Shown piece after piece: positions 47,746 to 56,690 of a stretch of DNA of 64,000 nt. Where the stretch lies: NCBI GenBank assembly GCA_965552135.1, contig CBEVQY010000004.1:1-64000 (forward strand). Reading direction: 5' to 3'. Every line of letters starts with the position of its first letter. The stretch's first letter is position 1. Origin of the DNA: an uncultured bacterium. GTDB taxonomy: Bacteria; UBP14; UBA6098; B30-G16. A program made the position numbers and the translations under genes. Under the pieces are notes generated by a model that ran no database searches, was not told where the DNA came from, and saw only the letters and a program-made list of their open reading frames with translations.

Positions 47746-48276
47746 ATGGATAAGAAGATCAGGGGCAGGGTCTGGGTGATTCGAGACGCGCAGGGGGCGC
47801 CCATCAACGACATCGACACCGACATGATCTACCACAACAAACACCTCGCCGTAACCGACATATCTGAGATGGGCAAGTACGCCTTCGGTAACCTCGAGGG
47901 CTGGGAGGATTTTCCGTCCAGGGCGAAGCCCGGTGATATCCTCGTGGTCGGCAAGAACTTTGGCGCCGGCTCGTCGAGGCAGCACGCCGTAGACTGCTTC
48001 ATCGCCCTCGGCGTCCAAGCTATAGTTGGCGAAAGCTTCGGTGCCATATACTACCGCAACGCGATAAACGCCGGTCTCCCCGTCTTCGTTGCTCCTGGCA
48101 TCGCGTCGGCGCAGGTCGAGTCGGGCGACGTGATCGAGATCGACACGGAAAGCGGGCGAATCTACAACGCCACAAAGGGCGTCGAGCTGCCGAGCGCTAA
48201 GCCGCTCTCCGAGGCTGAGAGGGAGATACTCGACGCCGGCGGACTCCTGAAATTAGCAAAACGGATTAGAGAGTGA
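47746..48276 (+). CDS. Isopropylmalate/homoaconitate-type dehydratase small subunit (LeuD/HacB-like)
   Basis: IDTD.I, GKNFGAGSSRQHA, SFGAIYYRNAIN.GL. Confidence 0.9.
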   Translation: MDKKIRGRVWVIRDAQGAPINDIDTDMIYHNKHLAVTDISEMGKYAFGNLEGWEDFPSRAKPGDILVVGKNFGAGSSRQHAVDCFIALGVQAIVGESFGAIYYRNAINAGLPVFVAPGIASAQVESGDVIEIDTESGRIYNATKGVELPSAKPLSEAEREILDAGGLLKLAKRIRE

Positions 48277-48339
48277 GAACTGGAAACATTGCGTGGAGGA
48301 CCGCCACCTTAATGCAAGCTAAGGAGGAGGTGGAAAAGT

Positions 48340-50130
48340 ATGGAATTAGAATGGTCGAAAAAGAAGTTGTTGGAGTTGGTAAAAAAGGCTTACGACGGGG
48401 AAGTAATGCTCCCGGATTTTCAAAGAAACTTTGTTTGGGCGCGAAATAATATAGAAGAACTTATATGTTCTTTGTTGGAAAGAATGTTTATAGGTACATT
48501 TCTTATACAGCGGGTGAATCCGTCAAACGTTCCTTTCAAAGTGATCCCAATAGAGGGTGCGGATAAAATAAATAATGATTTTAAACAAAAGCCAGAAATT
48601 ATAGTTCTGGATGGGCAACAGCGACTAACTTCGTTGTTTTACGCCTTGTACTCTCCAGATATTCCCCTAAGGAATACAACGAACCCATATGCATTTTTCA
48701 TAGACTTACAAAAGTTGAGCACCGACAATGTCGAGGATGCTGTTTTCAGCTGGTCGAAGCAATGGAGAGAATACAAATCATTGCTAAGAAATGCTGGGGA
48801 TTATGAATTAGCCGCATTGAAAGAAGAGAGATTATTACCACTAACCTTTTTGGCTAATGAATCTGATTTTTGGAAGTTGTGGTATCGTGAATTTAGAAAT
48901 TTATTTGATGAGGACGAAGCTCAGAAGATAGAAAATTATCTGAAAAATATTGTAGATTATCAGATTTATGTATTAAGCATTCCATTGACGGAGAGGCCTG
49001 AAAATATAGCAATATTATTTGAGCGAATCAATCGGACAGGAATTAAATTATCAATATTTGATTTATTGACGGCAAGACTGTACAAGTTTATCAATTTACG
49101 AACGGAATGGGAGAATGCGTTCAGTGAAAAACATTGGCTGAAGCAATTGGCATCCAATGATATAAAGAACACGAAAATTCCCTACTATATCATTCAAGGG
49201 ATAGCGTTGAGTAAAGGGATGAGCATAAAGGCAAGAGATATAATAAAAATAGATTCAAAAACTTTAAATAAGGCAACATGGAAGGAAGCGGTAGAAATAT
49301 TGGAAAACAAGATTCTAAGTAGATTATTTGATGTGTCCGAGTACGGAATCGCAGATCCCAAATGGCTCTCGTATCCTTCTATGATTTCGATATGGCTTGG
49401 ACTATTCATCAAAGCAGAAAAGGGAGAGATCGACATTGATATCAACAAAATAAATAAGTGGTATTGGAGCGTAATCTTCACAGAAAGGTATTCTGGTTCT
49501 GTCGAAACTAAGCAGACTAAGGATTTTAAAGACTTAGTTGCTTGGCTGACAGATTCTGACAAACTTCCTGAGGCAGTAATAGATATGAAGAGTAAGCTAA
49601 AAACTATGACGATAGATACCAATTATGCTGGAAGCTCTATTTACAAAGGCGTTTTTAATCTGCTTTTCAGAAGAGGGGCATGGGATTTTTATGAGAAGGA
49701 TAAAATTAAATTCTCAGCAAAAGATTTAGAAGATCATCATATTTTTCCAAGAGGCTTTTTAAAAAGCAAAAATGTGAGGGTTGAGTGGGATATTGTGCTC
49801 AACAGAACGCTCATTTTATCATCCACAAATAGGAAAATTCGTGGAAAAGCTCCAGCTAGATATATTGCTGAGATGGTGAAAATACATGGAGGTGAAGAAG
49901 AAGTAAGGAGAATTTTGGAGAAGCATTTCATAGACGAGGAAATGTTTGAAATTTTAAAGAGTGTAAATGAAAGTTCGCCACCTGATGAAATAGAAGAAAA
50001 ATTTGAACGGTTTATAGATTTGAGGGAAAACCTAATAAAAAGTGAAATACAAAAACTTGTAGAAGGTGACACGACGGCAACAGAACCCTCCGCAGCACTC
50101 AGCACCTTGCCCTTATGGAGCCGCTCTTAA
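48340..50130 (+). CDS. GmrSD-like restriction protein (DUF262 + HNH-like C-terminus)
   Basis: PDFQRNFVW, LDGQQRLTSL, FERIN..G, DHHIFP..N..N; AT-rich. Confidence 0.85.
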   Translation: MELEWSKKKLLELVKKAYDGEVMLPDFQRNFVWARNNIEELICSLLERMFIGTFLIQRVNPSNVPFKVIPIEGADKINNDFKQKPEIIVLDGQQRLTSLFYALYSPDIPLRNTTNPYAFFIDLQKLSTDNVEDAVFSWSKQWREYKSLLRNAGDYELAALKEERLLPLTFLANESDFWKLWYREFRNLFDEDEAQKIENYLKNIVDYQIYVLSIPLTERPENIAILFERINRTGIKLSIFDLLTARLYKFINLRTEWENAFSEKHWLKQLASNDIKNTKIPYYIIQGIALSKGMSIKARDIIKIDSKTLNKATWKEAVEILENKILSRLFDVSEYGIADPKWLSYPSMISIWLGLFIKAEKGEIDIDINKINKWYWSVIFTERYSGSVETKQTKDFKDLVAWLTDSDKLPEAVIDMKSKLKTMTIDTNYAGSSIYKGVFNLLFRRGAWDFYEKDKIKFSAKDLEDHHIFPRGFLKSKNVRVEWDIVLNRTLILSSTNRKIRGKAPARYIAEMVKIHGGEEEVRRILEKHFIDEEMFEILKSVNESSPPDEIEEKFERFIDLRENLIKSEIQKLVEGDTTATEPSAALSTLPLWSRS

Positions 50131-50190
50131 TAGCATAAATGAAACCGTTCGTTTCCTTCTCGTCTCTGCCTTCGTCGCGGTTTTGGTGGT

Positions 50191-53103
50191 TCATTTGATC
50201 AGGATGACCGCCCTCCTTGCCTGCGGCGCGCCGCGGACACACAAAAGATAAACGCCCGACGGGATATCCCGCCCCGGTCGCCAGATCCCTCTGCCCCCTT
50301 TGCCTATGGGGATGCGGTCGACAAGCCTTCCGCGCACGTCGAGGACGTCCACCGCTGTGGGCACATCGGCGCCGCGAACGAAGACCTCGCAGGCGGAGTT
50401 GAACGGCGTTGGATTCGCCCAAAGCTCCACCGCTGCGCGATTCGGCGCAAAGCTTTCTATCCCAAGGGCTTCGCCAAGGTGACTTCGCGCCACCTCCGCC
50501 GAGGATGTGAAGTGCGGGAGGTTGTCGCCGGCAACGACGGCGTAGACGAACGTATCGGCTTCGCCGGGGGCGAGGTCAAACGGTCCGTTGGCGACGATGA
50601 GCGACCAGTCGCTGCCGCTTGATCCAGAGCTTGCCGAAAACGCCCCCGAGAGGAAGTTGTATTTGACCGAATCAGCCCAGCCCATCCCGCTTGGGTAGAC
50701 GTACGTGGGGTTGTGCACTACGCTTCCGCGCGATATCTCGCTCACGCCAACGGGACCAACGTAGGCAGGATGGGTGGATGAGTTATCCCACATATATCCC
50801 CAGCCGTTTGTGGCGTCCCACTCGGCTCTGTCGTACCACGTACCGCCGCCGGCGTAGGTTATGTCGAAGTCCAGGTAAAGCCCCACGTATAGGTCCGCGA
50901 GGAGGGTGTCGGTCAGGTTTGTGACGATGTAGCGCAGTATTGCGAAGTTGTCGTCCGGCGGGGACGACCACTCCATAGCCAGAAGGTCGACTCGGGCGCG
51001 CAGGTTGGGCTCGACGAAGGCACACCTAAGCTCCTGGTCGGCAAACGCCCCGGGGGATGCCTCCTGTATGTCGGAGACTGGGACGAACTCGCTGTAGTTT
51101 CCGCCCTCGCCCGTGACGACGTCGTTGTAGTCGAAGCCCAAAAAGAGCCCGCCGCCGTAAAGGTAGTTGTATCCGTCGTAGACGAATCCGCTCCCTACAG
51201 GCGATGAGCTCTGCGGGTTGAAGAAGCCCACTTCGCCGAAGTTCGTGATCGTGAACGTTACCGCGCCGGCGTTCAGGTCGGCGGTTTGCCGGGGGTAGTC
51301 GGCAACGGTGACGGAGAAGGTGTCGTCCCAACTGTATCCGCCCGAGGCGGTGATGTGAATCGCGACGTCGAACGTGTACCCCGGCGGCGCAGCGGGTGAG
51401 ATCGCAAGGACGAAGGGGTCGGAGACGTTGCCCTTGACCTCGCCCGTGCCTATGAAGCCGTAGCTGCCGTAGTCATCCGTCACGGTCACGTGTTCTGAGG
51501 CGACGGTTATCGTTGCCGCAACGCCGCTTGCGTCGGCGCCGTTGTTGACGAGCCTGACGATGAGGTTCACCGTCTCGCCCGGGTCGGCGACGTCGTTGCC
51601 GTTGCCGAGGGGATCGTCGACGGCGTGGTCGGCGTAGTAGACCATGGGGAACTCCGGCGCAGGCGCCGCCGAAACCGCATCGTCAAGCCTTATCCTGCCC
51701 GAGCCGTAGAGGGAGTCCTTTCCGGCTGGACCAAGCTCAAGCGCCGTCGTCTGCAGGAGCGAGTCGAGCTTTCGGGGCGAAAGGGAGGGGTTCTTCGAGA
51801 GGAGCACCGCAAGCGCTCCAGCTACGTGGGGCGCAGCCATGCTCGTGCCGCTTGCGCTCGAATAGCCGTTGTCGTTGCCGCCGTAGGTCGAGAGTATGCT
51901 CACCCCGGGCGCACAGACATCGGGCTTCATAAGCCCCGGAGGGTAGGGGTAGTCGGAGTAATCCCCGGTGTCCCAGTGGGTTGGCCCGTAGCTTGAGAAG
52001 CTTGCGATAACATCGCTTGAGTTTGTTGCGCCGACGGTTATGACGGCGGTCCTCTGGCTGCCCTCCCCGGGGCGTTGCCACGGCGAAGGACAGTCGCCGG
52101 GGCTGCTTATGTCCTGAGGGGCGTCGTAGTATCCCCCTTCGTTGCCGGCTGCCACCGCAGCAACAACGCCCGCTGCCAGAACGTCCTCCATAACGGGGCG
52201 GATGAAGTTCTTGATCGAGTTGGAGGGGTTCTCCCACCCCAGCGACATCGACAGGACGTCGGCGCCGTTTAGGATGGCGTACTCGATTCCGTCCACAAGC
52301 GCGCTTGCCGTGCCCGTGCCGTCGTTGCCCATCACTTTGACCGCCATTATCCTCGCCTGCGGGGCAACGCCAGTCTGCGTGCCCGAAGTGCCGTCGCCGG
52401 CAACGGTGCCGGCGCAGTGCGTCCCGTGGTAGATCGGTGTGTTGCCGTCCCAAGGATCTCCGTCGCCGTAGTAGGTGTCGTAGCCGTAGTAGTCGTCGAC
52501 GTAGCCGTTCCCGTCGTCGTCGGCGCCGTTTCCGGGGACCTCGCCCTCGTTGTGCCACATCCTACCCGAAAGGTCGGAGTGGGTGTAGCGAATGCCGGTG
52601 TCCAGAACCGCGACCAGAACGTTTCTACCGTCGTACCCCCAGCTCCAGCACGTCGGCGCGCCGATCGCCTGCACGCCCCAGGCCACCTCAAGCGCATCCG
52701 AAGCCTCGTATGCCCCAAGCGCCCTGAAGCCCGGAACGTCCTCGAACGCGTCGACAACGCAGGGGAGGTTCCTCAAGGCCTCGAGGTCGCTGTCGCTTTT
52801 GAACCTCACAAGCGCTGCGCAACCAAGCCAAAAGCCCCTCTCGACGACCACATCGCCCGCCGCCGGCGATCCCTCAAGTTCGTGCTCGAACTCGCGCAAA
52901 GCACAAAAAAGACCCTCGCGAAGAAGCTCAATAACCTTTCGCCTTCGCTTGGGCTTGGGGAGGCTTTGGGCATGCTCGAGCCTTTGGGCAAGCCCGGGGT
53001 CGCGCCTGAGGACGACTATCCCCCTCCGCCAGCCTTCATAACCCGCAGAGGCAAAAGCCAGCGAGGCACAAAGACAGACGAAAAGCACCAAAACCCTGCG
53101 CAC
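50191..53103 (-). CDS. Secreted S8 (subtilisin-like) peptidase with T9SS-like C-terminal domain
   Basis: VAVLDTG, HGTHCAG, GTSMAAPHV triad; C-terminal P.PFN..D..GRLV..SGVY; GTG start with AGGAGG. Confidence 0.9.
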   Translation of the reverse strand: MRRVLVLFVCLCASLAFASAGYEGWRRGIVVLRRDPGLAQRLEHAQSLPKPKRRRKVIELLREGLFCALREFEHELEGSPAAGDVVVERGFWLGCAALVRFKSDSDLEALRNLPCVVDAFEDVPGFRALGAYEASDALEVAWGVQAIGAPTCWSWGYDGRNVLVAVLDTGIRYTHSDLSGRMWHNEGEVPGNGADDDGNGYVDDYYGYDTYYGDGDPWDGNTPIYHGTHCAGTVAGDGTSGTQTGVAPQARIMAVKVMGNDGTGTASALVDGIEYAILNGADVLSMSLGWENPSNSIKNFIRPVMEDVLAAGVVAAVAAGNEGGYYDAPQDISSPGDCPSPWQRPGEGSQRTAVITVGATNSSDVIASFSSYGPTHWDTGDYSDYPYPPGLMKPDVCAPGVSILSTYGGNDNGYSSASGTSMAAPHVAGALAVLLSKNPSLSPRKLDSLLQTTALELGPAGKDSLYGSGRIRLDDAVSAAPAPEFPMVYYADHAVDDPLGNGNDVADPGETVNLIVRLVNNGADASGVAATITVASEHVTVTDDYGSYGFIGTGEVKGNVSDPFVLAISPAAPPGYTFDVAIHITASGGYSWDDTFSVTVADYPRQTADLNAGAVTFTITNFGEVGFFNPQSSSPVGSGFVYDGYNYLYGGGLFLGFDYNDVVTGEGGNYSEFVPVSDIQEASPGAFADQELRCAFVEPNLRARVDLLAMEWSSPPDDNFAILRYIVTNLTDTLLADLYVGLYLDFDITYAGGGTWYDRAEWDATNGWGYMWDNSSTHPAYVGPVGVSEISRGSVVHNPTYVYPSGMGWADSVKYNFLSGAFSASSGSSGSDWSLIVANGPFDLAPGEADTFVYAVVAGDNLPHFTSSAEVARSHLGEALGIESFAPNRAAVELWANPTPFNSACEVFVRGADVPTAVDVLDVRGRLVDRIPIGKGGRGIWRPGRDIPSGVYLLCVRGAPQARRAVILIK

Positions 53104-53213
53104 CTTGACCTCCTGCCTAAAAACAAATATAACGAAACGGGCGCTTTCGTTCAAGCCTTGACAAAGCCTGCGCTTTGGTCGTAATTGCGGAGAGGTGCGA
53201 GGGAGGTCTTCAG

Positions 53214-54479
53214 GTGAGGCTTCTTTTGGTACTTTTGGCTTTTTGGGCTGCCTTTGGCGGGACCGTTTTGCGCATAGACGTTGAGGGCACCATAGACCCT
53301 CCCGTTTCGCAGTACGTTGGTCTTGCCATCGACCGCGCGCACCGCGAAGGGATCGATATGCTCCTTCTGGTCCTCGACACGCCGGGCGGACTTATGAGCT
53401 CGACGAAGGAGATCACAGGTCGCATAGTGAACAGCGACGTTCCGGTTGCGGTTTACGTGTATCCGCGAGGTGCGCGTGCGGCGTCGGCGGGGGTGTTTAT
53501 AACGATGGCTGCGCACGTTGCGGCAATGGCGCCGGGAACGCACATCGGCGCTGCACATCCCGTCGCGCTGGGGATGCCCTCCGACACGTCGGCGGTGATG
53601 GACGGAAAGATCACAAACGACGCCGTGGCGTGGATACGCTCGCTTGCGCAGCTTAGGGGCAGAAACACCCGCTGGGCGGAGAAAGCCGTGCGCGAATCGG
53701 CATCCATAACCGCCTTCGAGGCAGAAAGCCTCGGCGTGATCGACTTCGTCGCAGAAAGCTTCGACGACCTCTTGAACAGGATCAAAGCCGACCCGGCGAA
53801 GTTCCCAAAGCTTTCGCGCAAAATCGAGCCAGAGGCGACGGAGATCGTGAAGATGGAGATGACCCTGCCGCAGCGCTTCCTCCACACCATACTCAACCCG
53901 AACCTTGCCTACCTTTTGCTTATGCTCGGGCTTTTGGGGATATACTTTGAGTTTCAGCACCCAGGGGCTATTCTGCCCGGCGTTGTGGGGGTTTTGTCGC
54001 TCCTTTCGGCGGCGTACGCCTTCCAGATCCTGCCGGTAAACTACGTCGGGATTTTGTTTATAATCGCGGGGATCGGAATGTTCATCCTGGAGGTGAAGGT
54101 GCCGGGATTTGGCTTGCTTACGGCTGGCGGGGCTTTGGCGCTTTTTTTGGGGTCCCTTATGCTCACCTCGGGCAATCCCCCCGAGCTGCGCATAAGCCTT
54201 TGGACCATATTGCCCACCGTGGCGTTTGTGGTGCTTTTGTTCGTCTTCGTCGTGACGAAGGCTTTGATGATCCAGCGCAAAAAGCCCGCCACGGGGCTTG
54301 AGGGTCTTTTGGGCGAGATAGGCGAGGTCATCGACGACATCCCCGAGGGGGGAGAGGGCAAGGTTTTGGTGCACGGCGAGATCTGGAACGCGCGCTCAAA
54401 CAAAGCCCTGCCCAGGGGGACAAAGGTTCGAGTTGTGGCCGTCCAGCGGATGACCATCACCGTGGAGGAGGAAAAATAA
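53214..54479 (+). CDS. nfeD: NfeD family membrane-bound serine protease (long form)
   Basis: LDTPGG, AASAG, IGAAHPV, TM block, G.V.VHGEIWNA OB fold. Confidence 0.92.
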   Translation: MRLLLVLLAFWAAFGGTVLRIDVEGTIDPPVSQYVGLAIDRAHREGIDMLLLVLDTPGGLMSSTKEITGRIVNSDVPVAVYVYPRGARAASAGVFITMAAHVAAMAPGTHIGAAHPVALGMPSDTSAVMDGKITNDAVAWIRSLAQLRGRNTRWAEKAVRESASITAFEAESLGVIDFVAESFDDLLNRIKADPAKFPKLSRKIEPEATEIVKMEMTLPQRFLHTILNPNLAYLLLMLGLLGIYFEFQHPGAILPGVVGVLSLLSAAYAFQILPVNYVGILFIIAGIGMFILEVKVPGFGLLTAGGALALFLGSLMLTSGNPPELRISLWTILPTVAFVVLLFVFVVTKALMIQRKKPATGLEGLLGEIGEVIDDIPEGGEGKVLVHGEIWNARSNKALPRGTKVRVVAVQRMTITVEEEK

Positions 54480-54482
54480 AAG

Positions 54483-54556
54483 TGGCGGCACAGGGACTCG
54501 AACCCCGAACCCGCGGATTATGATTCCGCTGCTCTAACCAGTTGAGCTATGCCGCC
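54483..54556 (-). tRNA. tRNA-Met (CAT), probably elongator; CCA not encoded
   Basis: GGCGGCATAGCTCAACTGGTTAGAGCAGCGGAATCATAATCCGCGGGTTCGGGGTTCGAGTCCCTGTGCCGCCA folds as cloverleaf; G1-C72 paired so not initiator. Confidence 0.93.
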
Positions 54557-54567
54557 ACCCACTAAAT

Positions 54568-54596
54568 ACACTATCTCCCGAAAGCCGGGTTGTCAA
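54568..54596 (-). promoter_or_regulatory. Promoter of tRNA-Met
   Basis: TTGACA-N17-TAGTGT just upstream of the tRNA. Confidence 0.6.
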
Positions 54597-54959
54597 GAGT
54601 TTTTTTGAGGTGGTCTGGAGAAGGGGGTGGTCCGTTGTGGCGCATGTGTGTCCTCTGCGTTTTTGGATGAGTTTCTGGGTGGCGAGCCAGATACTCCGCG
54701 GCATTTGGGTGAGCTCGGAAGGGAGGGCAGGTTTGTCAAACCGACGGAGTTGATTTGATGCGCGTGAACAGTTTTTTCTCTTGCCCTTGGTGGATTTTTA
54801 ATTATATTTAAATTTGCATTCCCACTTCTGATTTGTAGATTTAGCGTGGGGCGGAGAATGAGTTTGCGATTGAGTACATCACGACAGGCAGAGGGCGCGG
54901 GGCCAACATCATCTTCGCTCTTCAGTGGCGGAGAAGATAGAGAAGCCTAGTAGGGAAAA

Positions 54960-55225
54960 ATGGCGAGATTGGCAGAGGCGCAGCGGCGCGGGTTCGCAAG
55001 GCGAATAGCGGAGGTGATGAGGTACAATTAGGTTAGGAACTCACCAGCGCCGGGTTTGAACCGTCCGAGCGGATCTTCGAACTTGAGCAACTGTGCGACA
55101 TTGCTAAAGACGAGAAAGCGGCGCGTGAGTCACTCAGGAAGGCAACAGCGGAATCCCGAAAAGCCACCCGTGAAGTTTACAAGTTTGCCTCGGCGACGTT
55201 TGAGTTGATAGTCGGGCTTCTGTGA
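54960..55225 (+). pseudogene. Disrupted small alpha-helical protein
   Basis: MARLAEAQRRGFARRIAEVMRYN* then, after a frame change at TTAGGTTAGG, ELTSAGFEPSERIFELEQL...VYKFASATFELIVGLL*. Confidence 0.55.
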
Positions 55226-55299
55226 GATGGCGCTTAAAAAAGAAAGCGGAGAGAACAAAATCTCCAGAGTTAACCACTCATCCCGCGTGGACCTGTAGC

Positions 55300-55446
55300 G
55301 GGTACACAGGGAAAACCTTCGGGTACATATGTACCAAGATCGAGTACACAGGGGATATGTCCGGGTACATAGGGGACAGCAACGAGTACATAGGGGAAAT
55401 CATCGGGTACATATGTACCAAGCGCGGGTACACGGGGGAAATTGGA
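55300..55446. repeat. Tandem array of seven 21-nt units
   Basis: Each unit starts G(G/A)GTACA(C/T); units 2 and 6 share GGGTACATATGTACCAAG. Confidence 0.92.
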
Positions 55447-55543
55447 AAGGACACGAGAAAATTAGAGAAATTTATGAACCGCACAAAAAGAAAGAAACCG
55501 GTTTTGCAAGACAAAAACTGAGAAACAAAAAGGAGGATTCATT

Positions 55544-56467
55544 ATGTATTTGTGCTACGTAGACGAGAGCGGATTTACCGAAAAAGGATATGACGAGAAA
55601 CAACCAGTGCAAGTTTTAGCGGGACTTTTGGTGAATGTACATTCTTTCCATAAATTAGATAATGACTTCCGGAAAATATATTCAATTGTTCAAGCAGAAA
55701 TTCCTCCAAAGGAAATAAAAGGATCTGAAATTTACAATGGAAAGAAATCTTGGAAAAATATAGCGCCTAAGAAGAGATATGAAGCAATTGAATTTTACTT
55801 AGATTGGTTAACTCGTCAACACAAAAAAAACAAAGTCATTAGAGTGATATTATCAGTTGTAGACAATAAAAAGTTCTTTCAAATAAAAGAAAATGGCGAT
55901 AAGTATAAAAAATATATCAACACTTTTCCATCCCCGTGGGTGGTTTCCGCCTTTCATATCGCACTTGCTATACAACATATTAACAGAAATAAGAAACGCA
56001 ACAAAGGGAAAACCATACTAATCTTTGATGAACAGGATATGTTTGAAGAAACATTACGCGAATTAATTTATAGCCCCCCGGAATTCATTGACAATTTCGT
56101 CAAATTTGATCAAAAATCTGAGAAATATAGACTAAATCAAATTATGGATACACCGTATTTTGTTAAATCTCATTATTCATCTCTTACCCAAGCGGCAGAT
56201 ATAGTCGCATTTATATTTAGAAGATACATAGAGTTAAAATGTAATTACAAGGAGTTAAAGCGTCAAGATGAGTTAGACAGATTAGAGAAATGGACAAATA
56301 AAATAAGAAATTGTTTCGTTCCTTCCGAACATGTGTATCCCAAAAAAAACAATGAGTTTGTGAGATTTTTAAGGGATCTAATACCTTGTAAGGAATGTGA
56401 AAAACTATGGCAAGTTCACAATAAAAAACAAATTACTACCTCCTCGGGAAGGAGAAATCGGGAATGA
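55544..56467 (+). CDS. DUF3800 family protein (RNase H-like fold)
   Basis: MYLCYVDESG, LIFDE, FVKS..S..Q.AD.VAF; AT-rich; AGGAGG RBS. Confidence 0.85.
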   Translation: MYLCYVDESGFTEKGYDEKQPVQVLAGLLVNVHSFHKLDNDFRKIYSIVQAEIPPKEIKGSEIYNGKKSWKNIAPKKRYEAIEFYLDWLTRQHKKNKVIRVILSVVDNKKFFQIKENGDKYKKYINTFPSPWVVSAFHIALAIQHINRNKKRNKGKTILIFDEQDMFEETLRELIYSPPEFIDNFVKFDQKSEKYRLNQIMDTPYFVKSHYSSLTQAADIVAFIFRRYIELKCNYKELKRQDELDRLEKWTNKIRNCFVPSEHVYPKKNNEFVRFLRDLIPCKECEKLWQVHNKKQITTSSGRRNRE

Positions 56468-56472
56468 CGGAT

Positions 56473-56553
56473 CTTCCCTCTCTCGGGGGAGAGGGAGTTA
56501 GAGGGTGAGGGGGTTACTGCCTCCCCTCCAACTCCTTTTCCCCTGCCGGGAAA
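56473..56553. repeat. Inverted pair of BoxC/REP-like purine-pyrimidine elements
   Basis: CCCTCTC..GAGAGGG hairpin, GGAGTTAGAGGGTGAGG pairing with CCTCCCCTCCAACTCC, then TTTCCC..GGGAAA. Confidence 0.65.
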
Positions 56554-56690
56554 TCAATGCCGATGCCGTAATTTGACCAACTCCACCGCTTGCCTTGCCT
56601 GCGTAAACATCGTTTCCGTCGCGGCGTCTTTTGCCAACACCTGCTTCGACGGGCAGCACACCTGGACCGGTCTGGTCCCCTCCCGCAGGT

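Noticed and set aside
55300..55446. CRISPR array
   Set aside because: Period of 21 nt is too short, there are no unique spacer-length segments and no cas genes in the window
55222..55521. 99-aa heptad-repeat ORF as a real CDS
   Set aside because: No clear RBS and several frames are open simply because of the repeat; recorded as a repeat
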